This document shows, piece by piece, positions 16,223 through 29,135 of a stretch of DNA of 64,000 nucleotides (the first letter of the stretch is position 1; each line of letters begins with the position of its first letter). Below the pieces are notes generated by a model that ran no database searches, was not told where the DNA came from, and saw only the letters and a list, made by a program, of their open reading frames with translations. Both the position numbers and the translations under genes were made by a program. Source of the stretch: the human T2T-CHM13v2.0 reference genome, Homo sapiens; NCBI RefSeq assembly GCF_009914755.1, contig NC_060931.1. One strand, written 5' to 3'.

Positions 16223-16667
16223 GTGAGTGCCACTGCTGGGCGTGGGATTTGCTCTGACCACAGCGCTGCCCACTGCCCAACCACTGCCTGACCACAGCCT
16301 GACCGCACTCTACCCAAGGCCTCACCCATGCCTCACCCACAACCCACCGTAGGCCACCCACAGCCCTTTCATGTGCTGCCCCACACTTTGCCCAGGGCCC
16401 CAACCACGCTCCTATTCACACTCTGCTCTTGGCTCTGGCCACCCCACCCACATCCCCCTGGCACATCACTCACGGCCCCGCCCATGCCGTGCCCCTGCCC
16501 ACGGCATTTGTGCTCCCCACACCCACAGCGGGTTCCCAGCTTCCTACCCCCCATTCCGCATCCTCACTCTGATGTTCTAGCAATTCTACACTGTGCCTCT
16601 GCTTCTCCCTCTCCTCTGTTATTTAGGAATCCTCCCCATGCCTGCTTTTCCTCCTGATCCAGATTAG

Positions 16668-16873
16668 TGCCCTGCCCTGGGAGTGTCCAGTTCGGGGGTT
16701 CCCTGGCCTGGGGGTGCCCTGTCTGGGAGGTGCTCTGCCTGGAGGGTGCCCTGCCCGGGGAGTGTCCAGTTTGCGGGTGGCCTGGCCTGGGGGGTGCACT
16801 CTCCCAGGGGTGGGTGCTGCCCTACCCCAGGGGGTGCCCTGGCCTGGGGGATGCCTTGCCTGGAGGGTGCTCC
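16668..16873. repeat. Degenerate 16-bp G-rich minisatellite (consensus about tgccctgcctgggggg)
   Basis: About 12 units; the pair tgccctgcc.gggag/tgtccagtt recurs at about 80-bp spacing. Confidence 0.8.
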
Positions 16874-18299
16874 ACCTCTCCTTACAGCTGGAGCTGGGTG
16901 GACATTGTCATGTGTCTTTCTTACAGCACCAGTCATGGCTGGGTCTGTCCTCAGTGGTCAGAGGACTTAGAGGAATTGGGTTCCAATGGTTTATATCAGG
17001 TGTAATTGTGGACAACACCTCATAGTGAAGGGAGGGCCCCTTGTTCTAGAAGCTTCCCAAGCTTTTCATCTCCTTACCTCCTTGGAAATTGCTCATGGCC
17101 TCACAGTCCTCTGCCCCACCCCACTCCACCTCTGGCTTTGCAGTCTTGTGCCACCCCCTGGTGGCTGCTGCCAGACCCTAAATGTGCTGGCCTCATGCTT
17201 TTGCATGTTAGCACCCCAGCCCCTGTCTTCTGTAGAGACACTGACCATGGCCCTGCCCCAGGAAGCCTCCCCGGCCCTGGCCATTCTAGTGGCCCAGCAG
17301 ATGGGGGCTCCTTGAGGCTGTCACATCTGCAGCCCCACTCTGTGGGGGAATTGCTTGCTGAACCAAGTGGAATGGAATTCTGAGTCTGCTGGGAAGGGGT
17401 GCTGGGATTCAGGAAGGGGTTTTGCAGGCTCCTCCTGGTCCTCAGTGAGCCTGGACACAGGCCTGGAATGGACCCACTGGTGGGGGTGGAGTCAGGGAAG
17501 AGGAGGTCATAGCTTCGTAGCTTCTGGTCTTGCTCCTCTCTGTAACCTGCTAAAGCCTTGGTAAAGAGACTAAATAGAGATGTCCAGCCGTGGATTGGGA
17601 GGACAGGAGTGGAGGCAACCCGATGGGCATTTAGGAGCCAGTGAGTGAGTGGGCAAGAGCCACTGACTGAGTGCCCTTGGTGAAGTCAGACCTGATGCTG
17701 GAAAAGGGGAGCTGGGAACAGCCAGGTTGACATTGCGGAGCCCTCCCACGACCCGGCCGGCAGCACCAGCTCCCAAGAGAGTGGCAAGAGTAGCTGAGAA
17801 GCAGTGAGGTGTCCAGAGCCCTCCTCCACCCCAGCTGGACACTGGAGGTGTATTCTTGGAGCTGGTGACACCAGGGTTTCTGGGCCTTCCCATGTAATTG
17901 AGAACGTGGCACAGTGTCCCAGAGAGGGAGGCTGGAGAAAGTGGCTGATACGCATTATCTTTTGCCACTGGGTCCAGGAGGGTGGTCTAGGGTAGGATTG
18001 GAGCTGTCCTTTCTGAGGAGTGAGACCAGCCAAGAGGAAGGACCTAGAAGCAGTGACCCCCGCAACCCCTGGAAGCTCTGGGGACAAGCTCTTCTGCAGG
18101 GTCCCAGTGTCTCATCAGCTCTCAGTCCCCACTCCCAGTCACGAGTGTCCAAGCAGGGTCCCTGGAAATCTGACCTAAGGCTCTGACCCTGAAGGACAGA
18201 GACCAGAGAGATGGAACCAAGCAAACCCGGGGGCCATGCACCAAGAAGAAAACTGCAAACGTCACGACTGATATCTTCAGAGGGCAACAACTATCTCTC

Positions 18300-18890
18300 A
18301 TGTGATGAATGAGAACAAAGAAAGAGGTTTAGAAATGGAAGATGCAATAGAAGTGAAATGGAATAGAAAGGTTGGAAGGGAGATGTTGAGGAAATCTCCC
18401 AGGAATAGGAGAGAGAGACAGAGAAGATGATCAGGAGGTCAGTGGTCAGTCCAGGCGTAACACCAAGATAGTAGGAATTCTAGAAAGAGAACAGGAGAAT
18501 GGAAGGATAAAGGGCCCTTGCCAGGGGCTGAGGGCATGAGCTTGCAGCCGGTGAGGGCTTGCCCGGTACTAGCACGAGGGAGGAAAATGTCCCACATGGA
18601 CCCTGGAATATCAGAGCTGTGGAAACAAAGGAAAACTTCTACACCTATCCAGAAGGAGGAAAAAAATGAGCTCTAGGTTGGAGATGAGGGGATCAGAGGC
18701 CTTCAGGCTCCCCCACTGCAGCCCTGGAAACCGAGGACTGTGGGATGCAAGGACCTGAGAATTTCGGACTGTGATTTCTCAGCTAGTGTGCTATTTCCCG
18801 CCAATTTGTCCACTAATTAGGGAGAAACGAAAATACTGTCAGACGTGTGGCACCTCCAGCATCTGATTCCCACATACCTTTCTCAAGCTC
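18300..18890 (+). mobile_element. Very old L1 ORF1/HAL1-like remnant
   Basis: Purine-rich L1 ORF1-like phrases (gttgaggaaatctcccag...taggaattctagaaagagaa). Confidence 0.4.
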
Positions 18891-19834
18891 TGGCGGCTGT
18901 GCGCCAAGGTGTGGAGCAAACCACGACAAAAGAAGCTATGAGATTTGGGGAGCGGAGCCAAGGCAGGAGAGGGAAGCCCCAGGGAGGGCGGTGCCCCAGC
19001 GTGGCAGTACACCCCGGGTGGAGGCAGCCTGGCCCAGGTGGAGGGCACTTGATGCTTACCTGACATGGCGACTGCCTGCTCATGCCCTGCAGCCCAGCTC
19101 AGTCAAGAATGAAGGACACTCCTTTCTTTCCCCTGAATGTTCATTCTGCTTTGGTCCCCACTGAAGCAGGGTGGGCCTTGGTGAGCTTAGAGGAGAGGTG
19201 GCTTGCTCCCCTCAATAGGACTGGTCCACATGACGACCCCATCAGGAGTCGAGTCATGGCTGGGAAGACCCTATTCCCCAAACTCGCCCATGGCCTGCCT
19301 GTGACCTTCCCTGGGGAGGAGTCTCATTGCCCCTCGGGGCAACCAGAGCGTGTCCTCTCCTGGGAACCTCCCTCCAATAGCAGCAATGGGCTCCTTCTGT
19401 ACCCAGTTAAGGAGCATTGCTATGGGATTTCCAAATGCAACACTATATTGCCTGGGAACACACTCAGGTGGTGAAACATAAAGGAAGGTGGGCAAACACC
19501 CCAGAGGTGGGTGGGGGGAGAGGGAGTCTGACTGGGGGGTTTGCCCGGCTTCCAGCCTGCTGGGCTCCTCTCCTTCCCATCCTGGGTTGTGGTGCATCTT
19601 TTTTAGGGAGAGTGCTCTGGGGAGCCTGACTGAAGGAGGAGTGGGGAGGCCCCAGATTATCCAGGGGATGAATAAATCATAAGTAGTTCCCGGTTTTCTA
19701 GAGAAGCACTGAATGTGGACCTCTCTAGATATGTGACAAAAATGCAGATTTTGTGGATCCACAGAGATGGGTGCTGTGCTCAGCTCTGCCCCAAACCTAA
19801 CAGCTGGGGTGGGCTCACTCCATGACCTTCTCTG

Positions 19835-20000
19835 TGCCAGGCACTTGCTGGGGCACATGGACCTCAACTCATTTGGTTCTCTCAACCACCTGATAGGATA
19901 AGTGTTATTAAACCCACTTACAGATGAGGAAACTGAGGTCCAGGGAGGATAAATGACATGGCCCATACCACAAAGATGGTGAGTGGCTGAGCTGGAGTTG
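19835..20000 (-). mobile_element. MIR
   Basis: cccacttacagatgaggaaactgagg core. Confidence 0.8.
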
Positions 20001-21934
20001 GAGAGGCCCTGCCATGTTGGCTCTGCAACCTGAGCCTGAAGCCACTGTCCATGCTGTCTTCTGGGATTACCTCTGCTCCGTGGGCTTCTCCATGTGGCCT
20101 AGCTTTGGCTGGGAGTGGGGTTTGGGAACAGCAGGGGCTTTCAGCCCTGCCTCACCTCCTCTTGGGACGGTTCTGGGGCTAGACATCACTCCTCTTGCCC
20201 TGTAGACTCGCTGTCCACAGAGGGTCTTCTCCAGGGTCTGTCTGGCTCATCTCAGCCCTGGGGATGGTTGTTGGGGGGTGGCATTCCTGGGTAGCAGTTC
20301 AGTGGAATGACTTTGGAGGCACAGAGGTTACCGCATGTGATTCTCATCACACACATAGATGCTGGGAACTTCTGAAGGTGAAGGCTGTTGCAGGGTGTTG
20401 TTAGACGGCTCCCCAGCTCCTGGATCAGCTGGCGGGGGGTTGGGGTGGACAGCAGGCTACTGAATCTGAGGCCCTGTGGGAGAAGCAGGTCAGGGAAGAT
20501 GAGGGTTTGTCCATGGACCTAGCTGTTGAGGTGTCTCTAATGCCTGGGCATGTCTCAGGTGCTGCATTGTGGCTGAGGCCCAGGAGAGCCAACAGCTTTG
20601 TACTTGGATTCGAGGCTGTTTCTTTTGCTCTGGCTGTTCTCTGCTGACACTACCTGGAAAGGCACAGGTGTGTGTCTGACCTACATTCCAAGGTGCTGAG
20701 AGCCAGCCTTGGATCAGTCAGGAGCTGGGCTGAGTGACTGTACCTGGGCTTCCCAGACCCTTCCTGGGGCATGGGGTTGGGAGACCAGGAGAACCCTGGG
20801 TGGAGTAGGTCAGAGTCCCTGTTTCCTACCCCTTTCTGATGCTTTGGGAAATCTACGCCCAGACGATGTTCCATGCAGGAGGCAGCTCTTCCCTGTTGAT
20901 GGGCCAGATCAGTGGCTCCCTCCTGGGACAGCGCGGGAAGGAGGAGATGGGCTACTTTCCCATGGGGAAGCCGAGGCAGGACTCTTCACACTCCTGCATC
21001 TGTACTCATGCAGCACAGACGTGGGGAAGTGCTAGCCCTGCACAGAGGGGGTGGCATCTGGGCAGGAGTCCATCTAGCTTCATCTAGAACATCCTGAATG
21101 AGTGGCTGCCACTCTAGGCCTTGCAGACCCCAATGACAGGGAGGTCATCACCTCCACAGGCTGCCCATTGGAACAGGTGGTGGCTGGGAAGTCCTTTATG
21201 CTGAGTTGACCTCTGGGTCTTGGTGGCTATAGCCCTTGGTCAGCATGAGGACTGTCCAGAGCCTGTGCTGGGCGGTCATGGAGCATCATGGGTGGTTTGC
21301 TGAGTGCCCTTCCCATCTTTGATCTCATGGACAGGGGGACCCACAGGAGGGGGCTCCACATGTCCTGCTAGATGGGGCCGAAGGAGGCAACTTCTGAGTA
21401 GGAGATGAAGAGGCAGGGACTGGGGCTCACAGGTCTGACTCCCACTTGGCCACCACCTGGCACATGAGGGCAGGCTGACTTGATTAGGAAGTGGCTGGCC
21501 CCTGGCCTCAGAGAGACCCTCCTCTCAGGCTCTTAGGGTATCCTGGATGATGAAGGCTTTGCAGGTCCAAGCGGCTGTGATCCAGGCACCCTTTGGCCCT
21601 GGAGAAGCATGGCTTGGTGTGTCCTCTGGGCAGACCTGCGTAGTGCTTAGAGGTCCAGGGAAGCTGGGCTGAGACCCTGGATCCTGGGAGCTCATGGCCT
21701 CAAAGGCAGCAAGTCATGGTCATTGTGATGCAAATGTGGGCAGGGGACACAGGGAATGGGTCATGGGCACAGATGACCCTGTGGCCAGAATGGGGATTTT
21801 CCAAGGCTGGGCTGTGAATAGGTGGCCAAATGGGACTGTACCCAAGCCACCCCACCCATCTTCCTGGCCTCAGGTCAGGGCAGGTGTGAGGGGGGATGGC
21901 GAGAGCCTGGCTTTCACCCCCTCTGCTTTTGCAG

Positions 21935-22190
21935 GTACTATGAGAGTTTCACCAACTGCACCGAGATGGAGGCCAATGTCGTGGGCTGCTACTGGCCCAA
22001 CCCCCTGGCCCAGGGCTTCATCACCGGCATCCACAGGCAGTTCTTCTCCAACTGCACCGTGGACAGGGTCCACTTGGAGGACCCCCCAGACGAGGTTCTC
22101 ATCCCGCTGATCGTTATACCCGTCGTTCTGACTGTCGCCATGGCTGGCCTGGTGGTGTGGCGCAGCAAACGCACCGACACGCTGCTGTGA
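21935..22190 (+). CDS. RAMP3: RAMP3 coding exon 3 (256 nt): YYESFTNCTEMEANVVGCYWPNPLAQGFITGIHRQFFSNCTVDRVHLEDPPDEVLIPLIVIPVVLTVAMAGLVVWRSKRTDTLL*
   Basis: Acceptor tttgcAG at 21933-21934; GT+G rebuilds the Val codon with exon 2. RAMP CYWPN and DPP motifs, single TM helix, C-terminal PDZ ligand DTLL, TGA at 22188-22190. Confidence 0.98.
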
Positions 22191-23030
22191 GGGTCCCGGT
22201 GAGATGGAGTGGGTCACACCTGGCAAGCTGGAAGAAAGTTCCCTGGGGATGGGAGAGCGGGTGGGTGCTGCCAATCTCCAGCTACTGTGGCCACACCCCA
22301 CCTGGTCATGGGCAGACCCCTCCCTTCCTGGGCTGACCTGCTCCCTCGAGGCCAGCCTGCTCCCTGGCTGAGGCTCAGGCTATCCGCCCAAGCTCTTTGC
22401 TCATTCTAGGGCCAGTGGAGGAAAATGTGATAAGGCCAGAGCTTGTGTGCTGGGCACAGAAATCACCTGCTGCATCCTGTGCTCCGCAGGCTGGGCCGGA
22501 GCCTCTGCCCGCAGGTTTCTATGCTGTTTCTTAGCACAGAATCCAGCCTAGCCTTAGCCGCAGTCTAGGCCCTGCTTGGACTAGGACTCCTTGCTTGACC
22601 CCATCTCTGGTTCCTGCCCTGGCTCCTGCACCAGCCCCAGCTCCTGCCTACATCCAGGCAGAAAGATAGGCAGGGGCTCTTGGAAGACGTTCCGTGCTGT
22701 GACCTCCGAGCCCTCCTGGTGGGAAGACAGCTGGAAAGGCTGGGAGGAGAAGGGAGGGGTTGGGGGTTCCCAGGAGCCATGCGTGGCCTGCAGAGTCCAT
22801 TCCATCATGATGCTGTGCCCGCTATGGGCTGTGTCCATGACCAGAGGCTGGAGTGGGGGTGTGTTAGAGCCCCTCACCGGGACTTGCTGTGCGGATGGGG
22901 CCTGGGCCTCCTTCCTACAGGGGCTCCTCTGTGGGTGAGGGGCCCTCTGGAATGGCATCCCATGAGCTTGTGGCCTCTATCTGCTACCATCTGTGTTTTA
23001 TCTGAGTAAAGTTACCTTACTTCTGGAATT
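22191..23030 (+). other. RAMP3: RAMP3 3'UTR
   Basis: Runs from the stop codon to the probable cleavage site about 20 nt after AGTAAA. Confidence 0.85.
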
Positions 23031-23050
23031 TCCTGTTTTGTTTCATGTTA
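23005..23050 (+). terminator. Variant polyadenylation signal AGTAAA with downstream U/GU-rich element
   Basis: AGTAAA at 23005-23010, followed by tttcctgttttgtttcatgtt. No AATAAA seen in the UTR. Confidence 0.8.
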
Positions 23051-24782
23051 TTCAGAGAGACGGTGCATCTCTTGGGACTGATGAGTCCCCTGTACATATT
23101 GTACAGATAGGGAACAACTGAGGTTCTGGAATCCCAGAATGTCAGCGCTTAGGGGGCTCAGAGAGTGTTACAATAGGAGAGGGGCCTGACAGGAGGAGGG
23201 ACTTGCCTAGCTACTCGCAGCCCCTTGGGCACTTCCCATCCCTGACCCATTGGTTTGAGGATGACAGGGAAGATTTCTCTCTCTTCTGTTTTCCCTTTGC
23301 AGCTGCCTTGGGCTTGCTAGGACCCCTGCCTGGGTTTTCTGGGGACCGAGAGGCCCTGGTCAGGTCTGGCTGGAGGCAGATGCTGGTCCTGGGGGGTCCC
23401 TAGAGCAGGTGGAGGGGCTTTATCTCCAGGCCTCTGGCCAGGCCCTTGTCCAGGCTCCAGTTCTGTGGACCTGTGTCTTTTGCATGTGGGCTGTTGGATC
23501 CAGGATCTTCTTGCTGGATCCCAGGACCCCTGTGAGTGGAGGCAGGCACGACCCTGGTAGTTCCTCTGCCTTTAGAGGCCCAGCTCCCCTTCAATGCCCA
23601 GGCAGGCAGGTTCTGGCACTGGGGATCTGCATGGTGGATGCCACTGGACCGGAGGTCTGGGTGGGTGGCCTGAGCCTGACCCCATTGGGGGCACAGTGTA
23701 GGGGACAGAATCTGAGTCTACTCCATGTTCTTGGGGCAGCCTTGGCCGGGCATGAAAGGTTGCGATCCCCATCACCTGAGCCTTGGCCAGCTATCTCTGA
23801 GATGGGACACCATCTGCCCGATGAGGTGACTGTGTGGAGACAGGGAGGTCAGCGTGCCCACAGGTGTCAGGCCATCTGGCCTGCAGTGGTGGCTCTGTGT
23901 TCAGTGGATCCTGGGGTCTCTCATGGGGCCTCTGTGTAACTTGCTCCCTCCAGCCCATTCCGATTCCAGAACCACTCTGCACTGGGTTCCTGGCTGCTAT
24001 GGTAGAGGTGCAGCCCTGCCCCTTGGCTAGTGTTAGGCACCCCCTGGTTGTGCATCCCTGAAGAAATGCTTGAAATGTGCTGAGGGAACCCCCCAACAAG
24101 GGGCTGGGACACCTGCAGCTACCTCCTGGGTCCCCTGGAACCCAAGCCCTGGAAGCTGCTCTGAGTAGGGAGTGAGCCTGGAGTCATGCTCTGGCCTCCT
24201 CCCAAGCTCTTGGGCACTGTCTTCTGATCTGCTACCTCCTCCCTGAGGACAGAGGTCCTGGGGGGCCTGGTGAGATTTCCGTGAGGGTTTGGATTCCTGG
24301 GGATGGGGTCCAATGAGGGGTGTTCTGGAGGCTTGGAGGTCCCAGGGCAGGGCCCTCAATCACTGTTTCCAGGCTAGGTAAAGCATCAGGCTCTAATTCA
24401 GCCAGATGCTGCTCTTGCTGAGTGCACTCTGGAGACAGCTTGAGTTTTTCTGCGATGCAAACTCCAAACTCGGCAGGAGTTTCAAGCTCCCTCACCAGGG
24501 ACAGGGCCGGTGGGTGCAGCTACACTGCTGTGTGGGCAGATTGAGGAGTTGGGTAGGGAGCCAGGAGGCCTGTCCACATAACCCTGCAGAGGCTCACAAG
24601 GCAGGAAGGGACATCAACATTTACTCAGCCTTGATCAGGTGAAAGAGAAGTAATTATTCAGGCAGTAAGAGGATATCTATTCATGTTTCCTATTGGAATC
24701 TTCTTTCAATTTTTACTTCTCCATGTGTTTTCTCCAGGGCACCAAGGGTCTAAGGTGCCAGGCCCACAAAGGGAATGTGCTT

Positions 24783-24900
24783 GTGTGGGTGTATGTGTGT
24801 ATGTGTGTATGTGTGTATGTGTGTGAGCGTGTGTGTGAGGGTGTATGTGTGTTGGTGTGTACATGTGAGTGTGCGTTGGAGGCAGCAATAGTGTGTGTAT
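24783..24900. repeat. Degenerate (TG)n repeat
   Basis: Direct reading. Confidence 0.85.
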
Positions 24901-25516
24901 TCTAGGAGCTTCCTTATCTAAAAGTCTCTTACATTTCATCAGTTTACGCAATCATTATTAATGTCTCATTTTGCAGATGTGGAAATTGAGGCTCAGAAAT
25001 GTAAGGGGACTTGCTGAAGAGTGGTCTTTTATATTTTCCTGGCCTGCTGCCCTACTGAATCCAGCCCTGAGAGGTGACAACTGCCTTGAGGAGCCCCTCT
25101 GGACCCTGGACCTGCATGGGTTTCCTCTGGCCAGAGCGGGTCCCTTCCTGACTGTGGCAAGTTTCGGGCATGCAGAAGGCTGCCGGGGTCCTCTAATAGG
25201 GTGACTGGCCCAGGCGGTCAGTCTGGTGCAGCCTTAGTACTCGGGTCACCATGGTGGTTGTGGTGGAGTGCAGCCACAGCCCTGCCTCATGGGGGTGGAG
25301 GACTCATCCCCGAGTCTGTTCTCTGGGCAAACCCAGCTGTGGTCCACAGGTCTTCCTTTCTGGACACACCCAGAAGACCCCACCTGCTTCACTCCTTGAA
25401 GAAGGAATCAACCCTTAGCCCTGAAAGGCCCCCTGTGGCTCAGCTTCAGGACTGGACTGGCGTCACAGGTGATTAGAATTAACGTGGGAATGACCGCTCA
25501 TAGGAAGCAGCCGCCA

Positions 25517-25650
25517 TGAGTATGCGTGTGTGTATAAGTGTGTGTGGATGTGTATATTTGTGTGTATATGTGTGAGCATATGTTCATGAGCGTGCATGTG
25601 GGTACATGTGAGTGTATATTCCTGAGTGTGTGTGTGACTGTGTGTACAAA
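25517..25650. repeat. Degenerate (TG/TA)n repeat
   Basis: Direct reading. Confidence 0.8.
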
Positions 25651-25809
25651 GTGTTGGCAACTACAGCAAGATGATGGCTGAACCCTGTGTGGGTTGTACA
25701 CATTTGCCACAGTCCATGCCCTTTGTCACGTGAAAATACTACTACTCGTAAGTGAGAAGAGTGAATGCCAGCAACTCTTGGGGACTGTTGTGGCTGGGTT
25801 GTGTCTTTA

Positions 25810-26200
25810 ATCATTTCATCTGCCAAGGTTTTTGCACCACTGTGTTGAGAGCTGTGGGGATCACAGAGACATACAAGGCACAGCCTGACCCCCAAGGGTT
25901 CCCCGACTTGTTGGAGAGGCAGATATGCAAGGCCCAAATGCAGTGTGCACAGTGAGTGAGGCAGCTGAGAGGTAGGTTCCTCCGGGGATTTTGAGGAAGG
26001 TTGATGGTTGATGGAGAGGGTTTTTAAGCTGGATCTTTAAGGGTGAGTAGGAGTTTTCCACTGCAGGAGAAGAGTGTCATGAACAGAAGCTCAGAGATGT
26101 GCAAGAACATGGTGTGGGTGGAGCCCAGGCTGTGTGGGTCAGGTGGGACTGAAAGTGTGAGCAGGGCCCAATTTGAGGAGGCAGGAGGGGACGGTTTGGG
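25810..26200. mobile_element. L2 fragment
   Basis: cattcat...gcacagcctg...gtgagtaggagtttt L2-like phrases. Confidence 0.5.
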
Positions 26201-28788
26201 GATGAAGGTCTCTGCAAATGCACATTATTTAAGTCATTGATGGCTTCTCTCATGGGGCCTCTGTGTAACTTGCTCCCTCCAGCCCATTCTGATTCCAGAA
26301 CCGCTCTGCACTGGGCGCCATGCAAGGCTCTGGGAGACAGTGGGAAGGGAGCCGCTGTTTCTGCCCTGTAGGGAAAGGGAGAGACTCTCCATATCAAAAC
26401 ACAACACGGAACAAGACAGCTACTCTTTGTACAGTGGCCTTAGCAGAGGCACTTCAGTGGGTTGCAACGGCTCATCAATGGAAGTGTGAATTCTTTTTGT
26501 CCACCTCACCCCTGACTACTCAGCAAACAAAACCTGGGAGTACACAGGGTTTGTAGTGAGGGCAGCTATTAGAGGGTAGCCATCTTTATCCTTGGCAGAG
26601 GATATCCTGCACCGGTCTATGGGACCTGCCACTGAGGTCACTGTGGTGGCAGCTGTTGACCTCATTCACTGGAGGCTGAGCCTATGGGAGCATCTTGTTA
26701 AGGAGCAGGTGACCTTTATTCCCTGAAATTGCCCCATGTGTGGTCTGCAAGCCAGTTCTCATGACTGAGGAGTGGACTTGCCAGACTGCAGAAATCCAGG
26801 CCTGAAGAAGTTATGTTGCCAAAAGGGGAGATCTCTAGAACACAGACCTGCCTCTCCATCAGGCCTGGCAATTACTGATGGTACCTGGGGCAGTCCAGGC
26901 AACGTGGGGGCCGAGCAGCTGCATCATGAACGGGGTCCTTGAGGACTCTGACTTCCATCTGAAGAGTGGTTGTGCGGAATTAAGAAGGAAATTTCCTGAC
27001 CCTCTCTGGCAGGTTTCTGAAGGCCTGAGTACAGCGTGCTCTAAAACAGGCTTCAAGTCCACGCCGAGACTCAGCCCCGAGGATGTGGCCAGTGATGCTC
27101 ACTCAGGGTGCTCCTGTCCTTACTCACTGGGGGAGGCATTTATTGATGAAATAGATTTGAATTTTTCAACTGATGGGATTTTGTTCACTTTTAAGACCCC
27201 AGTGGGTTGGAAAGGCTTTAAGAGCCCATGGAATTTCTTCTGATATATATAAAGTGAAAAAGTAGAATATAAAACAATGTAGAGGAACTGCTTCCGAAAT
27301 GACATGAGAACTTCATGGACCAAACAACCATAACTAGTGCAAATCATAAAAAAACCCCAGACAACCGTTTAAAGTCTCTGGAAATTGTCTTAAGGCTACA
27401 CAGCAAATGAAACATTTATTAAAGAAAATGTGTCAAATCTGGGTAAGAACAGGAGCATCTGTAGCACTGGAGCTGTGACTGGTTCACCTGCCCCACCCCC
27501 CCGCCCCCAACCCAGAGTCCAAGAAGACAGGGTTCTCTCTCTCTAGCTCCCAATCAAGGCATCTTGACATGATGCCCCTTGGAGGAGCAGGTTGCCAGCA
27601 CTGCTCACCCCCACGCAGCTCTGCGCTGCAGGGGCCGAGCTCCAGGCAGGAGCGAGGGGTTGGCTTCCAACATGGTCCTTGAGAAGGCGAGGCACTACTT
27701 GTCCACAGCCTCATCCCTGCCTGCTGAGAGCCACGCACTGGGCAGCTCCTGGCCCTCTCGATGCCCACTGGCACAGCAGACCATGAGCTCCAGGGCACAC
27801 TCAAATCCCCCACCTCCGTGAGACTACTGGATAAGGTTCCAGGAAGCGAGAGAGTCCACGGGTGAGAGGAGTGGGCTGGAGGGTGGGGGCCTGGATTTTC
27901 CTGAGGGGTGCTGAGGAGTGAAGTGGACTGGCCAGAGGCTGCTGGCCCAGGCCGTTTTACAGAGAGCAATGGGAGATATGGGAAGGGTGTGTTAGAGGTG
28001 CAGGTCACATGATGGGAGCAGCACATGGCAGAAGCGAGGGATCTTGAGGGGTCTTGGGCAGGAGGACCAGCCCCACCTCACCCCATGGGTGGGGACAGTG
28101 GAGGGGAGCTGGGGGCATCCACTTCAACTCTGGCTTCCTGTTGACAGGGAAGGACGGTCTGTCAGGGGACGGAGGGCCCCTCCCTCACACAGGCATCTCT
28201 ATTTCCTTCAGGCCCTGGGCCAGCCTCCGCTTCCCTCAGGGTGGTTTCTGCTCTATTGGCCGTTGAGGCAGCGTGACCCTTCCTCCCTGAGCGGGAGAAT
28301 GTTCCGTCCTGACCCCTTGCTGCCAGGGCTGTGAGCTCTGTGTCCATCTCTGTTCACACAGAGAGGCCGGCTGGCATTTCAAGGCACTGTCTTAATACCC
28401 TGGTGCCCCCTTCCCTGCAAGCCCCTACAGCCCTTCCCTCAGTGTCCTTGCTCGGACTGGCCTGGGCTCGTGCATCACAGGCATTGCGGCCAGGGGGCCT
28501 GTGATGCATGTGTCAGCTTTGGTTACACGCCTGGCATATGTGTAGACACAGCGATGGAGCAGCCACCCGGGAGGGCGCACAAGACCTGGCACCAGGGAGC
28601 AGAAGTGGGGGCCGAATATGTAGAGCCTGCTTTGGGGTAACTGAAGGGAAGAAGGAAAGCAGGACCGCAGGAGCATGGGGCCTGCACTGTTACCCACCAG
28701 AAAACCGCCTGACGTCCAGGAGGCCCACTCCTGGCCATGGTTACCAAGGAAGCAAGGTCGAGGAGAGAGCTGGTTGAAAATAACTTCC

Positions 28789-29135
<347 letters not shown>

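Larger units (their letters stand above)
16223..21934 (+). other. RAMP3: RAMP3 intron 2 (GT-AG)
   Basis: Canonical splice sites and compatible phases. Confidence 0.95.

Noticed and set aside
19271-19966. 231-aa minus ORF (also 33351-34031, 41084-41626, 60864-61472)
   Set aside because: These overlap MIR, L2, LTR or GC-rich low-complexity DNA and show no protein-family similarity.
21822-21934. In-frame N-terminal extension of the exon 3 ORF
   Set aside because: Intronic, begins at GTG, and contains the branch/pyrimidine tract.
21870-22301. 143-aa antisense ORF and other overlapping ORFs at RAMP3 exon 3
   Set aside because: Shadow ORFs of GC-rich coding sequence.
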